Positions 1 through 9,561 of a stretch of 64,000 bases of DNA are shown here, in pieces (the first letter of the stretch is position 1; the number at the start of each line of letters is the position of its first letter). Origin of the DNA: an uncultured Candidatus Rokubacteria bacterium (GTDB lineage: Bacteria; Methylomirabilota; Methylomirabilia; Rokubacteriales; CSP1-6); assembly GCA_963762145.1 (NCBI GenBank), contig CAVXJS010000016.1, positions 32,001 through 96,000 on the forward strand, written 5' to 3'. The notes below the pieces were generated by a model that worked only from the letters and a program-made list of their open reading frames with translations, was not told where the DNA came from and searched no databases. Position numbers and translations under genes: made by a program.

Positions 1-642
1 CGCGGGCTTTCTGGGCCTCGGTCTCGGTGGGGATGGTGCCGATCATGCGGGTCCAGGCGAACGGCGAGATGCAGTTGGCGGTCACGTTGTAGCGCGCCAT
101 GTCCAGCGCCACCACCTTGGTGAAGCCCACGATGCCCAGCTTGGCCGCCGCGTAGTTGGCCTGGCCGATATTGCCGACCAGCCCCGAGGTGGACGTCATG
201 TTGATGATGCGGCCCCATTTCCGCTCCCGCATGTGCGGGACCGCGGCGCCGGGTCACCGCGAAGGTGCCCTTGAGATGCGTGTCGATCACGCCGTCCCAC
301 TCCTCCTCGGTCATGTTGAAGATCATGCGATCGCGGAGGATGCCCGCGTTGTTGACCACGACGTCCACGTGGCCGAAGTGGTCGAGCGCGGTCTGGACGA
401 TGCGCTGGCCGCCCGCCATGCTCGCCACCGAGTCGTAGCTGGCCGCGGCCTGGCCGCCCTGCCCCTTGATCTCGTTGACCACGTCGTCGGCCGGGCCGCG
501 CGCGTCCCCCGCTGCCGTCCGAGCTTCCGCCGTAGTCGTTCACCACCACCTTGGCCCCGTGCTTCGCCATGAGCAGTGAGATCTCGCGGCCGATGCCGCG
601 CGCCGCGCCCGTCACCACCGCGACCTTGTCCTTGAGCATCAT
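1..642 (-). CDS. SDR-family oxidoreductase (runs off the window start; internal indels)
   Basis: MMLKDKVAVVTGAARGIG (TGxxxGxG), with VNNAG and NYAAAK (YxxxK) in shifted frames; AGGAGG SD upstream. Confidence 0.9.
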
Positions 643-654
643 GACCAAAACCTC

Positions 655-915
655 CTAACCTCTCTTGTATTCGCTCGGCTCGCCTTCGGCTGCACCTCGC
701 CCATCACTAACCTCTCTTGTATTCGCTCGGCTCGCCTTCGGCTGCACCTCGCCCATCACTAACCTCTCTTGTATTCGCTCGGCTCGCCTTCGGCTGCACC
801 TCGCCCATCACTAACCTCTCTTTGTATTCGCTCGGCTCGCCTTCGGCTGCACCTCGCCCATCACTAACCTCTCTTGTATTCGCTCGGCTCGCCTTCGGCT
901 GCACCTCGCCCATCA
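655..915. repeat. Tandem array of 5 x 52-bp units (ctaacctctcttgtattcgctcggctcgccttcggctgcacctcgcccatca); unit 4 has one extra T
   Basis: Units start at 655, 707, 759, 811 and 864; identical, with no spacers. Confidence 0.98.
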
Positions 916-2115
916 GATGATCTTGCGCGCGGCGAGGGAGTCGATCTCCGCGGCGGTGAAGCCGGCCTCGGCGAGGACGTCGCGGCTGTGCTCGCCGAGC
1001 AGGGGGGCCGGCGTCCGGATGGTCCCCGGGGTCTTCTCGAGCTTCACCGGGGTCGCCACCGTCTTGAACGTGCCCGCCCGCGGATGCTGCTGCTCGGTGA
1101 TGAATCCGGTGGCCCTCACCTGCGGGTGGCGGACCAGCATGGGGTAGTCGTTGACCGGCGCGCAGAGCACGTCGGCCTGCTCGAGGACCTCCATCCAGTG
1201 GGCCACCGGGCGCGCGCGGAACACCGGGGCGAGGATCGTCTCGAGCTCGCCGCGGTGGGTGAGGCGATCCTTTCGCGTGGCGAACCGGGGATCGGAGCCG
1301 AGCGCATCCATGCCGACCGCCTTGCAGAACGGTAGCCACAGACGCTCCACCCACGCGGCCACGAAGAGCCAGCCGTCCGTCGCCTGGAAGGCCTGGTAGG
1401 GCACGATCTCGGGATGGCCGCTTCCGTAGCGCGGCAGCGTCTCGCCGGTCTCGTGGAACACGGAGAGACGCGCGGTGTGGGCGAAGAGCATGCCGTTGAG
1501 GAGCGAGGCGTCCACCCGCTGCCCCTGCCCGTTCGCGGCGCGCGCGATGAGCGCGGTCAGGATGCCCTGGATCGCGAGCATGCCGCCCAGCGTGTCCGCC
1601 ACCGGCGCGCCGCACAGCACCGGGCCGCCGTCGGGCTCGCCGGTGATGGCCATCAGGCCGCCCAGGGCCTGGGCCAGCGAGTCGAGGCCGGGCTTCTCGC
1701 TCCAGGGTCCGTCGGGGCCGAACGCGGAGATCGAGCAGTAGATGAGCCGCGGGTTGGCGCCCTTGATCGAGTCGTAGTCGATGCCCAGCCGCTCCGCCAC
1801 GCCGCCGCGGAAGCCCTCGATGATGACGTCCGCCCACGCGGCGAGCCGGCGGAAGGCCAGGCGACCCTCCGGCTGCTTGACGTCCAGGCAGATTCCGCGC
1901 TTGTTGCGGTTGACCGTGAGGTGCAGCACGCCCTCGCCGTTGCGGACCGCTCTGGGATAGACGGACCGGCCGGCGTCGGGAGCCTCCCGCGACTCCACCT
2001 TGACCACGTCGGCGCCCATGTCGGCGAGATACATGCCGCAGATCGGCCCCGCGATCAGGTGGGCCAGCTCGAGGACCCGCACGCCGTGCAGCGGCGGGCG
2101 CAGAGGGTCGGCCAT
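913..2115 (-). CDS. CaiB/BaiF (family III) CoA-transferase
   Basis: PLHGVRVLELAHLIAGP, LADMGADVVKVE, NRNKRG, catalytic Asp in PVADTLGG, C-terminal PAPLLGEH. Confidence 0.95.
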   Translation of the reverse strand: MADPLRPPLHGVRVLELAHLIAGPICGMYLADMGADVVKVESREAPDAGRSVYPRAVRNGEGVLHLTVNRNKRGICLDVKQPEGRLAFRRLAAWADVIIEGFRGGVAERLGIDYDSIKGANPRLIYCSISAFGPDGPWSEKPGLDSLAQALGGLMAITGEPDGGPVLCGAPVADTLGGMLAIQGILTALIARAANGQGQRVDASLLNGMLFAHTARLSVFHETGETLPRYGSGHPEIVPYQAFQATDGWLFVAAWVERLWLPFCKAVGMDALGSDPRFATRKDRLTHRGELETILAPVFRARPVAHWMEVLEQADVLCAPVNDYPMLVRHPQVRATGFITEQQHPRAGTFKTVATPVKLEKTPGTIRTPAPLLGEHSRDVLAEAGFTAAEIDSLAARKII

Positions 2116-2137
2116 GACCGCATCACCCTAGCACAGT

Positions 2138-2941
2138 TCAGCCGCGGCTGGTCCGCATCAGGGCGGCGGTGAACTCCGCGCCCAGGATGAAGACCACGCC
2201 CGAGTAGTAGGCGAACATCGCCAGCGCCACCAGGACGCCGAGCGGGCCGTAGACCTGATCGTAGACGCCGAACGACAGGATGTACCAGCGGAAGAGCTGC
2301 TTGGCCGCCTCCCAGAGCACCGCGGCGAGCAGCGAGCCCGCGAGCGCCGCGCCGACCGGGACCCGCCGGTGCGGGAAGTAGCGATACGGGACGAAGAAGA
2401 AGGCGGTGCTGAGGGCCAGGGCCAGCACGAGCGACCAGGAGCGTATCCAGTGGGTCGGGATGCCCATCGTCTGGAAGAGCAGGATCCGGAGCCAGCCGAA
2501 GACGTCGCTGATGACGAGGCTGCCGAGGAACAGCACGCCCATCGCCACCACCATCACCATGTCCCGCAGCATGCCGCGCAGGAAGCCGGGGCCGCCCCGG
2601 AACCCGAAGATGTCGCTCAGGACCACCCGGATCGAGTTGAAGAGCTGGCTGGCGAAGAGAAGCAGCACCGCAGTGCCGAGGAGGCCGGACAGCCGCCGCC
2701 GCCGGATGATGGCCGCGACCGCTTCGTGGAGCTCGCTCTTGTACACCGGGACGATCGCGGAGAGGTGGTTGAGGACCGCGTCCATCACGGTGCGGCGGCT
2801 CAGCACGAAGCCCGCGACCGAGACGAAGAAGAAGAGGAGCGGGATGAGGCCCACCATGAAGTTGAAGGCGAGCCCGGACGCCAGGAACATCCCGCGGCGG
2901 GCGCGGAAGTTCGCGGCCGCGGTTCTGAGGGCCCCGATCAC
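2138..2941 (-). CDS. YihY/BrkB-family membrane protein
   Basis: About 6 hydrophobic segments; LWEAAKQLFRWY...YDQVYGPLG...ILGAEF signature. Confidence 0.9.
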   Translation of the reverse strand: MIGALRTAAANFRARRGMFLASGLAFNFMVGLIPLLFFFVSVAGFVLSRRTVMDAVLNHLSAIVPVYKSELHEAVAAIIRRRRLSGLLGTAVLLLFASQLFNSIRVVLSDIFGFRGGPGFLRGMLRDMVMVVAMGVLFLGSLVISDVFGWLRILLFQTMGIPTHWIRSWSLVLALALSTAFFFVPYRYFPHRRVPVGAALAGSLLAAVLWEAAKQLFRWYILSFGVYDQVYGPLGVLVALAMFAYYSGVVFILGAEFTAALMRTSRG

Positions 2942-2951
2942 CAGCCCGCGC

Positions 2952-3743
2952 CTACACGACGCTCCGGATCAGGCCACCGTCCACCTGTACCGCGGTGCCC
3001 GTGATGTAGGACGCGCGCGCGGAGGCGAGGAAGACCACCATCGCCGCGAACTCCTCCGGGGTGCCGATCCGCCCCATCGGGATGTCCGCGGAGGAGAGCG
3101 CCATCTGCTGGTCCATCGTGATGCCGGCGCGCTTGGCGCGATCGGTCTGGTGCTCGATGAAGCGGTCGGTCAGGATGCGACCCGGCAGCACCAGGTTGAC
3201 CGTGATGTTGTCCTTGGCCAGGTCCCCCGCCAGCGTCTTGAACAGGCCCGCGATGCCGGGGCGGATGCCGTTGGAGAGGACGAGGCCATCCACCGGCTGC
3301 TTCACCGAGCTCGACTGGATCGCCAGGATCCGGCCCCAGCCCGCCTTCTTCATGTGCGGCAGGACGTCTCTGATGAAGCGAACGGTCGACAGGTGGACCT
3401 GCTCGAAGGCTCGGGTCCAGTGCTCGTCGGTCATGCTCTCGAAGGGGCCGGGGGGCGGCCCGCCCACGTTGGCCACCAGGATGTCCACGCCGCCGAAGGC
3501 CCGGTTGGCCTCCGCCACGACCTTCGAGATGTCGGCGGCCCGGCTCGCGTCGGCGGTGAGCGCGAGCACCTCCGCGCCGGTCTGCCGCTTCACCTCGGCC
3601 GCCGCGTCGTTCAGCGCCGCCTCGCCGCGCGCGCACATCACGACCCGCGCGCCCTCGGCGGCGAGCCCCAGCGCGCTCGCCTTGCCCATGCCCTTGCTCG
3701 CCGCCACCACGAGGGCGGTCTTGCCCTTGATGCCCAGATCCAT
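2952..3743 (-). CDS. SDR-family oxidoreductase (atypical, SN..R in place of YxxxK)
   Basis: MDLGIKGKTALVVAASKGMG, NVGGPPPG, YITGTAVQVDGG. Confidence 0.92.
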   Translation of the reverse strand: MDLGIKGKTALVVAASKGMGKASALGLAAEGARVVMCARGEAALNDAAAEVKRQTGAEVLALTADASRAADISKVVAEANRAFGGVDILVANVGGPPPGPFESMTDEHWTRAFEQVHLSTVRFIRDVLPHMKKAGWGRILAIQSSSVKQPVDGLVLSNGIRPGIAGLFKTLAGDLAKDNITVNLVLPGRILTDRFIEHQTDRAKRAGITMDQQMALSSADIPMGRIGTPEEFAAMVVFLASARASYITGTAVQVDGGLIRSVV

Positions 3744-3770
3744 GGGGCCCCCTTTGTCGGCCTGCGTGAA

Positions 3771-4679
3771 TCAGGATGTCTGCTTGTAGAACTCGGCGCG
3801 GTCGCCGCCGGTCACCGACAGCCGGCGAACCTCGTTGTCGCGCATGACCTCGAGGGTCATCTTCTCGCCCGGCGCGTGCTTCCAGAGCGAGAGATAGAGC
3901 TCCTTGCGCGTCGGCACCTCCTGGGCGTTCAGCGAGACGATGACGTCGCCCTCCTGGATGCCGGAGCGGGCGCCCGGCCCGTTCGGCACGAGGCCCGCGA
4001 CCACCACGCCCTCCTCCAGCACGTGGGCGAAGACGCCCAGCCAGGCCCGCTGGGGCCGGCTCACCACGCGGCCGAAGCGCATGAACTCCTGCTGGTTACG
4101 GCGGTAGTACTCGCCCGGGATGGCGAGCGAGCAGCGCGCGATCTCGTTCAGGTTCAGGGAGACGACGCCCATCATCTGCCCGCTCAGCGTGAAGAGCGGC
4201 CCGCCTCCGAAGCCGGGATTGGAGGCGCTCGAGACGATCCCGCGATCCAGCAGATACTCCCAGTAGGCCTCGAACTCTCCGAGATGGGTCACGAGCCCCC
4301 CGGCCACCCGGCGCTCGCGGGGGCCGGTGGAGCCGATCGCGAAGACGGGCTCCCCGCGCGCGAGCAAGTCGGAGTTCCCGATCGAGACGGCCTGGAGGCC
4401 CTGCCGCTTCACGCGCAGCAGGGCCAGCCCGATCTCGAAGTCCTGGGCGACGATCTCGGCCTTCAGGGCCCGGCCTCGTCCCAGGGTCACCTGGATGGTC
4501 TCGGCGCCCATGATCACGTAGTTCACGGTGAGGATGAGCCCGGCGGGATCCACCACCGTCCCGGTGCCCATCCGCTCGTCGCCCAGGATGCGGGTGGAGG
4601 GATGGTTCGAGGGAACCTCGGCGTGAATGTGCACCACCGAGCCGAGCAGATGCTTGACGATCTCGACCGACGCGTCCAT
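3771..4679 (-). CDS. Trypsin-like (S1C/HtrA) domain plus PDZ protein; catalytic His and Ser absent
   Basis: GTGTVVD, LTVNYVI (vs TNxHVV), NPGFGGGPLF (vs NPGNSGGPL), RAWLGV PDZ start. Confidence 0.88.
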   Translation of the reverse strand: MDASVEIVKHLLGSVVHIHAEVPSNHPSTRILGDERMGTGTVVDPAGLILTVNYVIMGAETIQVTLGRGRALKAEIVAQDFEIGLALLRVKRQGLQAVSIGNSDLLARGEPVFAIGSTGPRERRVAGGLVTHLGEFEAYWEYLLDRGIVSSASNPGFGGGPLFTLSGQMMGVVSLNLNEIARCSLAIPGEYYRRNQQEFMRFGRVVSRPQRAWLGVFAHVLEEGVVVAGLVPNGPGARSGIQEGDVIVSLNAQEVPTRKELYLSLWKHAPGEKMTLEVMRDNEVRRLSVTGGDRAEFYKQTS

Positions 4680-4737
4680 GAAATGAGTGCCGGATCACGC
4701 TAGCATGCGCGGCCCGGCGCGTGCAACGCGGGAGCGG

Positions 4738-5580
4738 CTATCTGAGGTGGCGCGCCAGGAACTGCTCGACCTGGCGATGGGCGTCCGCGGCGGCGTCTGC
4801 CTGGTACGAGACGGTGGCGCCGAGGCCGCCGGGGCGGAAGTGGTTCTCCACCTGGGCCAGCACCTCGTGTCGCTGCCCCTCCACGTCGAAGTAGTGATAG
4901 GCGCCCGGGTAGACCACGATGGTGGCGTCGGCGCCGCGGCCGCGCATGGCGTCGACCATCTCCCGGCAATGGACCGCCGGGGTCCAGTCGTCGGCCTCCC
5001 CGATGAGCACCAGCAGCGGCCGGACCACCTGCTCCTTAACCAGCGAGGAGCAGTCCGGATAGACTCCGATGGCCGCCGCGAACCCGGTGGCCGGCAGCGT
5101 GACGCCTCGGCGCCGGGCGCGCTCCAGACTCGGGCCGTTGATCGTCGCCATGGAATAGACCGCGCCCTGCGACCAGCCGATCGCCGCCACCCGGTCCGCC
5201 CGGACCTCGGGGAGCGATTGCAGATAGCGCAGGGCGCCGAACGTGTCGTCGAAGCGCGCGCTGATCGGCGGATCGTCCGGTCCCGAGCGGCAGTCGCCCT
5301 TCTCGCCCCGCGGCCCGAGGCTGTCCACGACCAGGGCCACGTAGCCCCGCTCGGCCAGCCAGCGCGCCCAGCGGAATGACTGCGCCTCGATGCCGGCGCA
5401 GCCGTGGAGCTGCACCACCGCCGGAAACGGGCCGGGGCCGGTGGGCCGAACGAGCGTTGCGGTGATCGTCAGCGGGGCGCCGGGTGTGATGTTGGGAAAG
5501 CGGACGGTCTGGCGTGCGCTGGACGCGGCGCAGCCCGCGAGGAGAGTCGCCGCCATCACCGCCGCCGCGAGCCGGTGCAC
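4738..5580 (-). CDS. Dienelactone hydrolase-family alpha/beta hydrolase, probable lipoprotein
   Basis: LLAGC lipobox, HGCAG, GWSQG nucleophile elbow, GEADDWTP, YPGAYHYFD. Confidence 0.9.
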   Translation of the reverse strand: MHRLAAAVMAATLLAGCAASSARQTVRFPNITPGAPLTITATLVRPTGPGPFPAVVQLHGCAGIEAQSFRWARWLAERGYVALVVDSLGPRGEKGDCRSGPDDPPISARFDDTFGALRYLQSLPEVRADRVAAIGWSQGAVYSMATINGPSLERARRRGVTLPATGFAAAIGVYPDCSSLVKEQVVRPLLVLIGEADDWTPAVHCREMVDAMRGRGADATIVVYPGAYHYFDVEGQRHEVLAQVENHFRPGGLGATVSYQADAAADAHRQVEQFLARHLR

Positions 5581-5686
5581 GGGGCAAGGATATCAGGAGA
5601 CCGCGCGCCGCCGCGCCCGCAGGCCCTGGGGTAGAATGCCCCCCGGAGGGGATCCAGGCCATCCGGGGGGCGAACGAGTCGGGCCG

Positions 5687-6181
5687 ATGAGCGACGAGCC
5701 GTCGAGGGAGACGCGCGCGGAAGCGCAGCGACATTTCCAGCAGGGCTACGAGGCCCAGATGCAGGGACGCCTCGAGGAGGCGGTGGCGCACTACCAGCGG
5801 TCCATCACGCTGCATCCGACCGCGGAGGCCCACACCTTCCTCGGGTGGGCGTACAGCCATCAGGGGCGGCCCGACGACGCGATCGCCCAGTGCAAGATCG
5901 CGATCGCGGTGGACCCGGACTTCGGGAACCCCTACAACGACATCGGCGCCTACCTGATCGAGCTCGGGCGTGAGGAGGAAGCGGTGACCTGGCTCGAGCG
6001 CGCGAAGCAGGCGACCCGCTACGAGCCGCGCCACTATCCGTACTTCAACCTGGCGCGCATCCACATCAAGCGTCACGAGATCCTCGCCGCCATCCGGGAG
6101 CTCGAGGGCGCGCTGGCGATCGAGCCGCGGTACGTGATCGCCCGGAAGGAGCTGCACCGGCTCCGCGGCCTGCTCAATTGA
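5687..6181 (+). CDS. Tetratricopeptide-repeat protein
   Basis: About 4 TPR-like helix pairs (AEAHTFLGWAY, NPYNDIGAYL, PYFNLARIH); stop overlaps the TTG of polB. Confidence 0.9.
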   Translation: MSDEPSRETRAEAQRHFQQGYEAQMQGRLEEAVAHYQRSITLHPTAEAHTFLGWAYSHQGRPDDAIAQCKIAIAVDPDFGNPYNDIGAYLIELGREEEAVTWLERAKQATRYEPRHYPYFNLARIHIKRHEILAAIRELEGALAIEPRYVIARKELHRLRGLLN

Positions 6182-8483
6182 CCTCGATCCCGCTGCCGTT
6201 CTACGACAATCCCCTGCTCTTCGGCCACGACCCGGCCGGTGGCCTGCTCGCCTACCGCCCCGCCGACAGCCACGTCACGGTCTACTCCCGGCGTGAAGGC
6301 GTCGTCACCACCACCGACGAGCCCTTCCGGCCGTTCCTGCTCCTGGCCGATCCGGAGCTCCTCAAGGAGCTCAAGGGCGACGTGGAGGTGACCCCGCTCG
6401 ACGGCGACGGCGTCTACCGCTGGCTCGCGGAGTGCCCGTCCTGGTCGCAGGCCCTCCGAGTTCGCGACCATTGCCTGCGCGTCTCCGGCCAGAGCGCGGG
6501 AGCGCCCGCGGCCCCGTACCGGTTCCTCAACGATCCGGTGCACCAGTTCCTGCTGCGATCCGGGAAGACGTCGTTCCTCGGCATGGCCTTCGGCGACCTG
6601 CGGCGCATGGCGCTCGACATCGAGGTCACCACCGCGCCCGGGTTCGAGTTCCCGAACGCGGCGCGCGAGTCCGACCGCATCATCGCGATCGCGATGGCCG
6701 ACTCCACCGGGTTCTCGGCCGTGCTGTCGGGGGCCGAGCATGTCCGAGGCGCAGCTCCTGGCCGAGTGCTCGCGCATCCTCCGCGAGCGCGATCCCGACG
6801 TGCTGGAAGGCCACAACATCTTCCGCTTCGATCTGGAGTACCTGGAGGCGCGAGCCCGCCGGCACCGCGTGCCGCTCGCGTGGGGCCGCGACGGCTCCGT
6901 GCTGCGCGGCTATCCCTCCCGCATGCAGGTCGCGGAGCGCGCGATCGGCTACCGGCGCTACGGGGTGGCCGGCCGCCACATCGTGGACACGTGGATCCTG
7001 GCCCAGCTCTACGACGTGGGCGCGCGCGACCTCGAGTCCTACGGCCTCAAGGACGTGGCGCGGCACTTCGGGGTGGCCGCGCCCGACCGGACGTATCTCC
7101 CGGCCGAGGAGATCCCGCGCATCTTCGTGGAGGACCCCGCGCGGCTCATGGCCTACGCGCGCGACGACGTGCTGGAGACCCTGGCGATCTCGGCCATCCT
7201 GTCGCCGCCCTACTTCGTGCAGGCCCAGGCCCTGCCCTTCGACTACCAGACCACCGTGCTGCGCGGCAACGCGACCAAGATCGACGCGCTGCTGATGCGG
7301 GAGTACCTGCATCGCCGCCAGGCGGTGCCCGCTCCCGGCCAGGGCCGGGGCGTCGCGGGCGGCTACACCGCGATGTTCCAGCAGGGCGTGGCCCGCGACG
7401 TCCTGCACGTGGACGTGACCTCGCTCTACCCGTCGCTGATGCTCGGCCAGGGGTTGTTCCCGGCCTCCGACCGGCTCGGGGTCTCCGCCTCCCTGCTCCG
7501 CGACCTCCGCGAGTTCCGCGTCTCGGCCAAGCGGCTGGCCCGCGACGCGGCCGCGCCGGAGGACCGGATCTTCCTGAACGCGCTCCAGCAGACCTTCAAG
7601 ATCTTCATCAACTCCTTCTACGGCTACCTCGCCTTCTCGCAGGGGCACTGGAACGACTTCGACGTGGCCAACCGCGTGACCGGCGAGGGCCGCCGGCTCG
7701 TGCAGGCCCTGCTCGACCGGCTCGGCGAGCTGGGCGCCACCGTGATCGAGGTGGACACCGACGGCATCTACTTCGTCCCGCCCGCGCCGGACGCCTCCCG
7801 CGCCGCCGCGGTCTCGGAAGAGCGGCTGGTGGGCGAGCTGTCGGCGATCCTCCCGGAAGGGATCCAGCTCGAGCTCGACGGCCGGTACGTGGCGATGCTC
7901 AGCTACAAGATGAAGAACTACGTGGTCCTCGACGAGCGCGGCAAGCTCCTGATCAAGGGCTCCGGCCTGCGCTCGCGCGGCATCGAGCTCTTCCAGCGGC
8001 TCTGGATGGAGGAAATGTTCCGCCTCCTCCTCACCGGCCGCCGGGACCGAGATCCCGGCCCTGGCGCATCGCTGGGAGGAGGACTTCCGGGCCCACCGCG
8101 TGCCGCTGAAGCAGTTCATGAAGACGGAGACCCTGCAGGAATCCCTCGGGGCGTATCGCCAGAAGCTGCAGGCGGGCGCTCGCAACGTGGGCGCGGCCTA
8201 CGAGCTGGCCCAGGGCTCGAGCCGGACGTACCAGCCGGGCGACCAGGTCTCCTACTATGTGACGGGCGATTCGAAGCGGGTCTCGGTCAACGAGGCGGCC
8301 AAGCTCGCGGCCGAGTGGAGCCCCTCCGCGCCCGACGAGAACACCGCCTACTACGTGGCCAAGCTGCAGGAGCTCTACGAGAAGTTCCGGCCGCTGATCG
8401 AGCAGGACGGCCTCGCGCCCGTCGTGGAGGCCGAGCCCGAGCCCGCGCCCGCCGCCCCCGTGCAGGGCAGCCTCTTCGACTGA
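6178..8483 (+). CDS. polB: Family B DNA polymerase (Pol II-like) with 3'-5' exonuclease; indels at ~6740 and ~8045
   Basis: Exo I ALDIE, Exo II GHNIFRFD, Exo III YARDD; pol motifs DVTSLYPS, KIFINSFYG, EVDTDG; C-terminal QGSLF. Confidence 0.92.
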
Positions 8484-8490
8484 CGCGCCT

Positions 8491-9471
8491 TCACCAGACG
8501 AGCGAGAGCTGACGCGGTCGCGCGGGCGCTTCCGCGCGCACTCGATCGTCCCGGGTGCGGGCGGGAAAGCCGACCTCCGCGGCGAGCCGCGCCACCCGGC
8601 GCTCGATGTCCTCGCGGTAGGCGCGCGGGGCATTGCCGGGGACCGGATAGAGCGCGCGATAACGCGCGAGCGCCCACGGGACCTCCCGCTGCACGAACTC
8701 GAGGAAGAATCGCCAGGTCATCTCGGTTCGCAGGAAGAGCGCCTGGGAGATCGCCTCGCGCGCGCCCGCCGCGAGGGCGGCGGCGAGCAGCTCGCGCAGG
8801 CCCGCGTCGCCGTCGGTCAGCAGGGGCAGCACCGGCATGAGGAAGAGGCGCGCGCGAATGCCGTCGGCGGAGAGCGTCCGCATCGCCTCGAGTCGCAGAT
8901 CCGGCCGGGGCGCCCGGGGCTCGATCTGCCGGAGGAGCGCGGCGTCGAGCGAGATCAGCGAGACGTTCACCCACAGGTCCGAGGCGCGCGCGATGCGGGC
9001 CAGGAGCTCGCGATCGCGCAGGACGCCGGTGGACTTGGTGGTGAGGCCGATGCGGAGCCCGGGGACGCGCGCCATCACCTCGAGCACGCCGCGGGTCACC
9101 GCGAAGCGCGCTTCCGCCGGCTGGTAGGGATCGGTCGCGGTGCCGATGGCGATCTCCTGCCCGGTGTCGCGGGCGCGGATCAGGCTGCTCAGCAGTCGGG
9201 TGTTGCCCGCCTCCTTGACGTAGATGCGCTCCTCGAACTCTTCGGGATCTCCGTGTCCGAGGTACTCGTGCGTGGGACGGGCATAGCAGTACCGGCACCC
9301 CAGCTCGCACCCGCGAAACGGGTTCACGGTGAAGCCGAAAGGCATGCTCTCGCCGGTGAGGCGGTTCAGCAAGTTCTCCGACTTGAGCGCCTGGAACGTC
9401 ACGCCCCGGCGATTGTCGACGACTCCGCCGAGACGCTTGACGAAGCCCGGAGCCGGCCGCGGGTTATCCAT
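8491..9471 (-). CDS. Radical SAM protein, Rv2578c/PA0069 (SplB-like DNA repair) family
   Basis: NPFRGCELGCRYCYAR (CxxxCxxC), GTATDPYQPAE, IEPRAP; C-terminal QLSL. Confidence 0.93.
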   Translation of the reverse strand: MDNPRPAPGFVKRLGGVVDNRRGVTFQALKSENLLNRLTGESMPFGFTVNPFRGCELGCRYCYARPTHEYLGHGDPEEFEERIYVKEAGNTRLLSSLIRARDTGQEIAIGTATDPYQPAEARFAVTRGVLEVMARVPGLRIGLTTKSTGVLRDRELLARIARASDLWVNVSLISLDAALLRQIEPRAPRPDLRLEAMRTLSADGIRARLFLMPVLPLLTDGDAGLRELLAAALAAGAREAISQALFLRTEMTWRFFLEFVQREVPWALARYRALYPVPGNAPRAYREDIERRVARLAAEVGFPARTRDDRVRAEAPARPRQLSLVW

Positions 9472-9479
9472 ATACTGCC

Positions 9480-9510
9480 CATGTTACTCTCCACATGACG
9501 AGTAGTACAA
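9480..9510 (-). promoter_or_regulatory. Putative promoter of the radical SAM gene (TTGTAC-18-TAACAT) overlapped by two palindromes
   Basis: -35 at 9505-9510, -10 at 9481-9486; TACTC-N10-GAGTA (9485-9504) and CATGT-N8-ACATG (9480-9497). Confidence 0.5.
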
Positions 9511-9516
9511 TCCTAG

Positions 9517-9551
9517 AAAAAACCCCGGGGAGCCTACGTGGATCCCCGGGG
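9517..9551 (-). terminator. Intrinsic terminator of the RRM gene
   Basis: CCCCGGGGA...TCCCCGGGG stem followed by TTTTTT on the minus strand, 10 nt after the stop. Confidence 0.85.
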
Positions 9552-9561
9552 CCGAAGTCTG

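Noticed and set aside
655-915. CRISPR array
   Set aside because: The units are identical end to end with no unique spacers, and there are no cas genes in the window.
2406-4703. Long opposite-strand or alternative-frame ORFs (also 29263-30969, 61824-63875 and similar)
   Set aside because: These are shadow ORFs caused by high GC3 opposite well-supported genes. They are Arg/Gly/Pro-rich and have no motifs.
6178-8483. Split three-gene polymerase or phage/casposon polB
   Set aside because: The pieces join by single indels into one ordinary PolB, and there is no integrase, cas1 or phage gene nearby.
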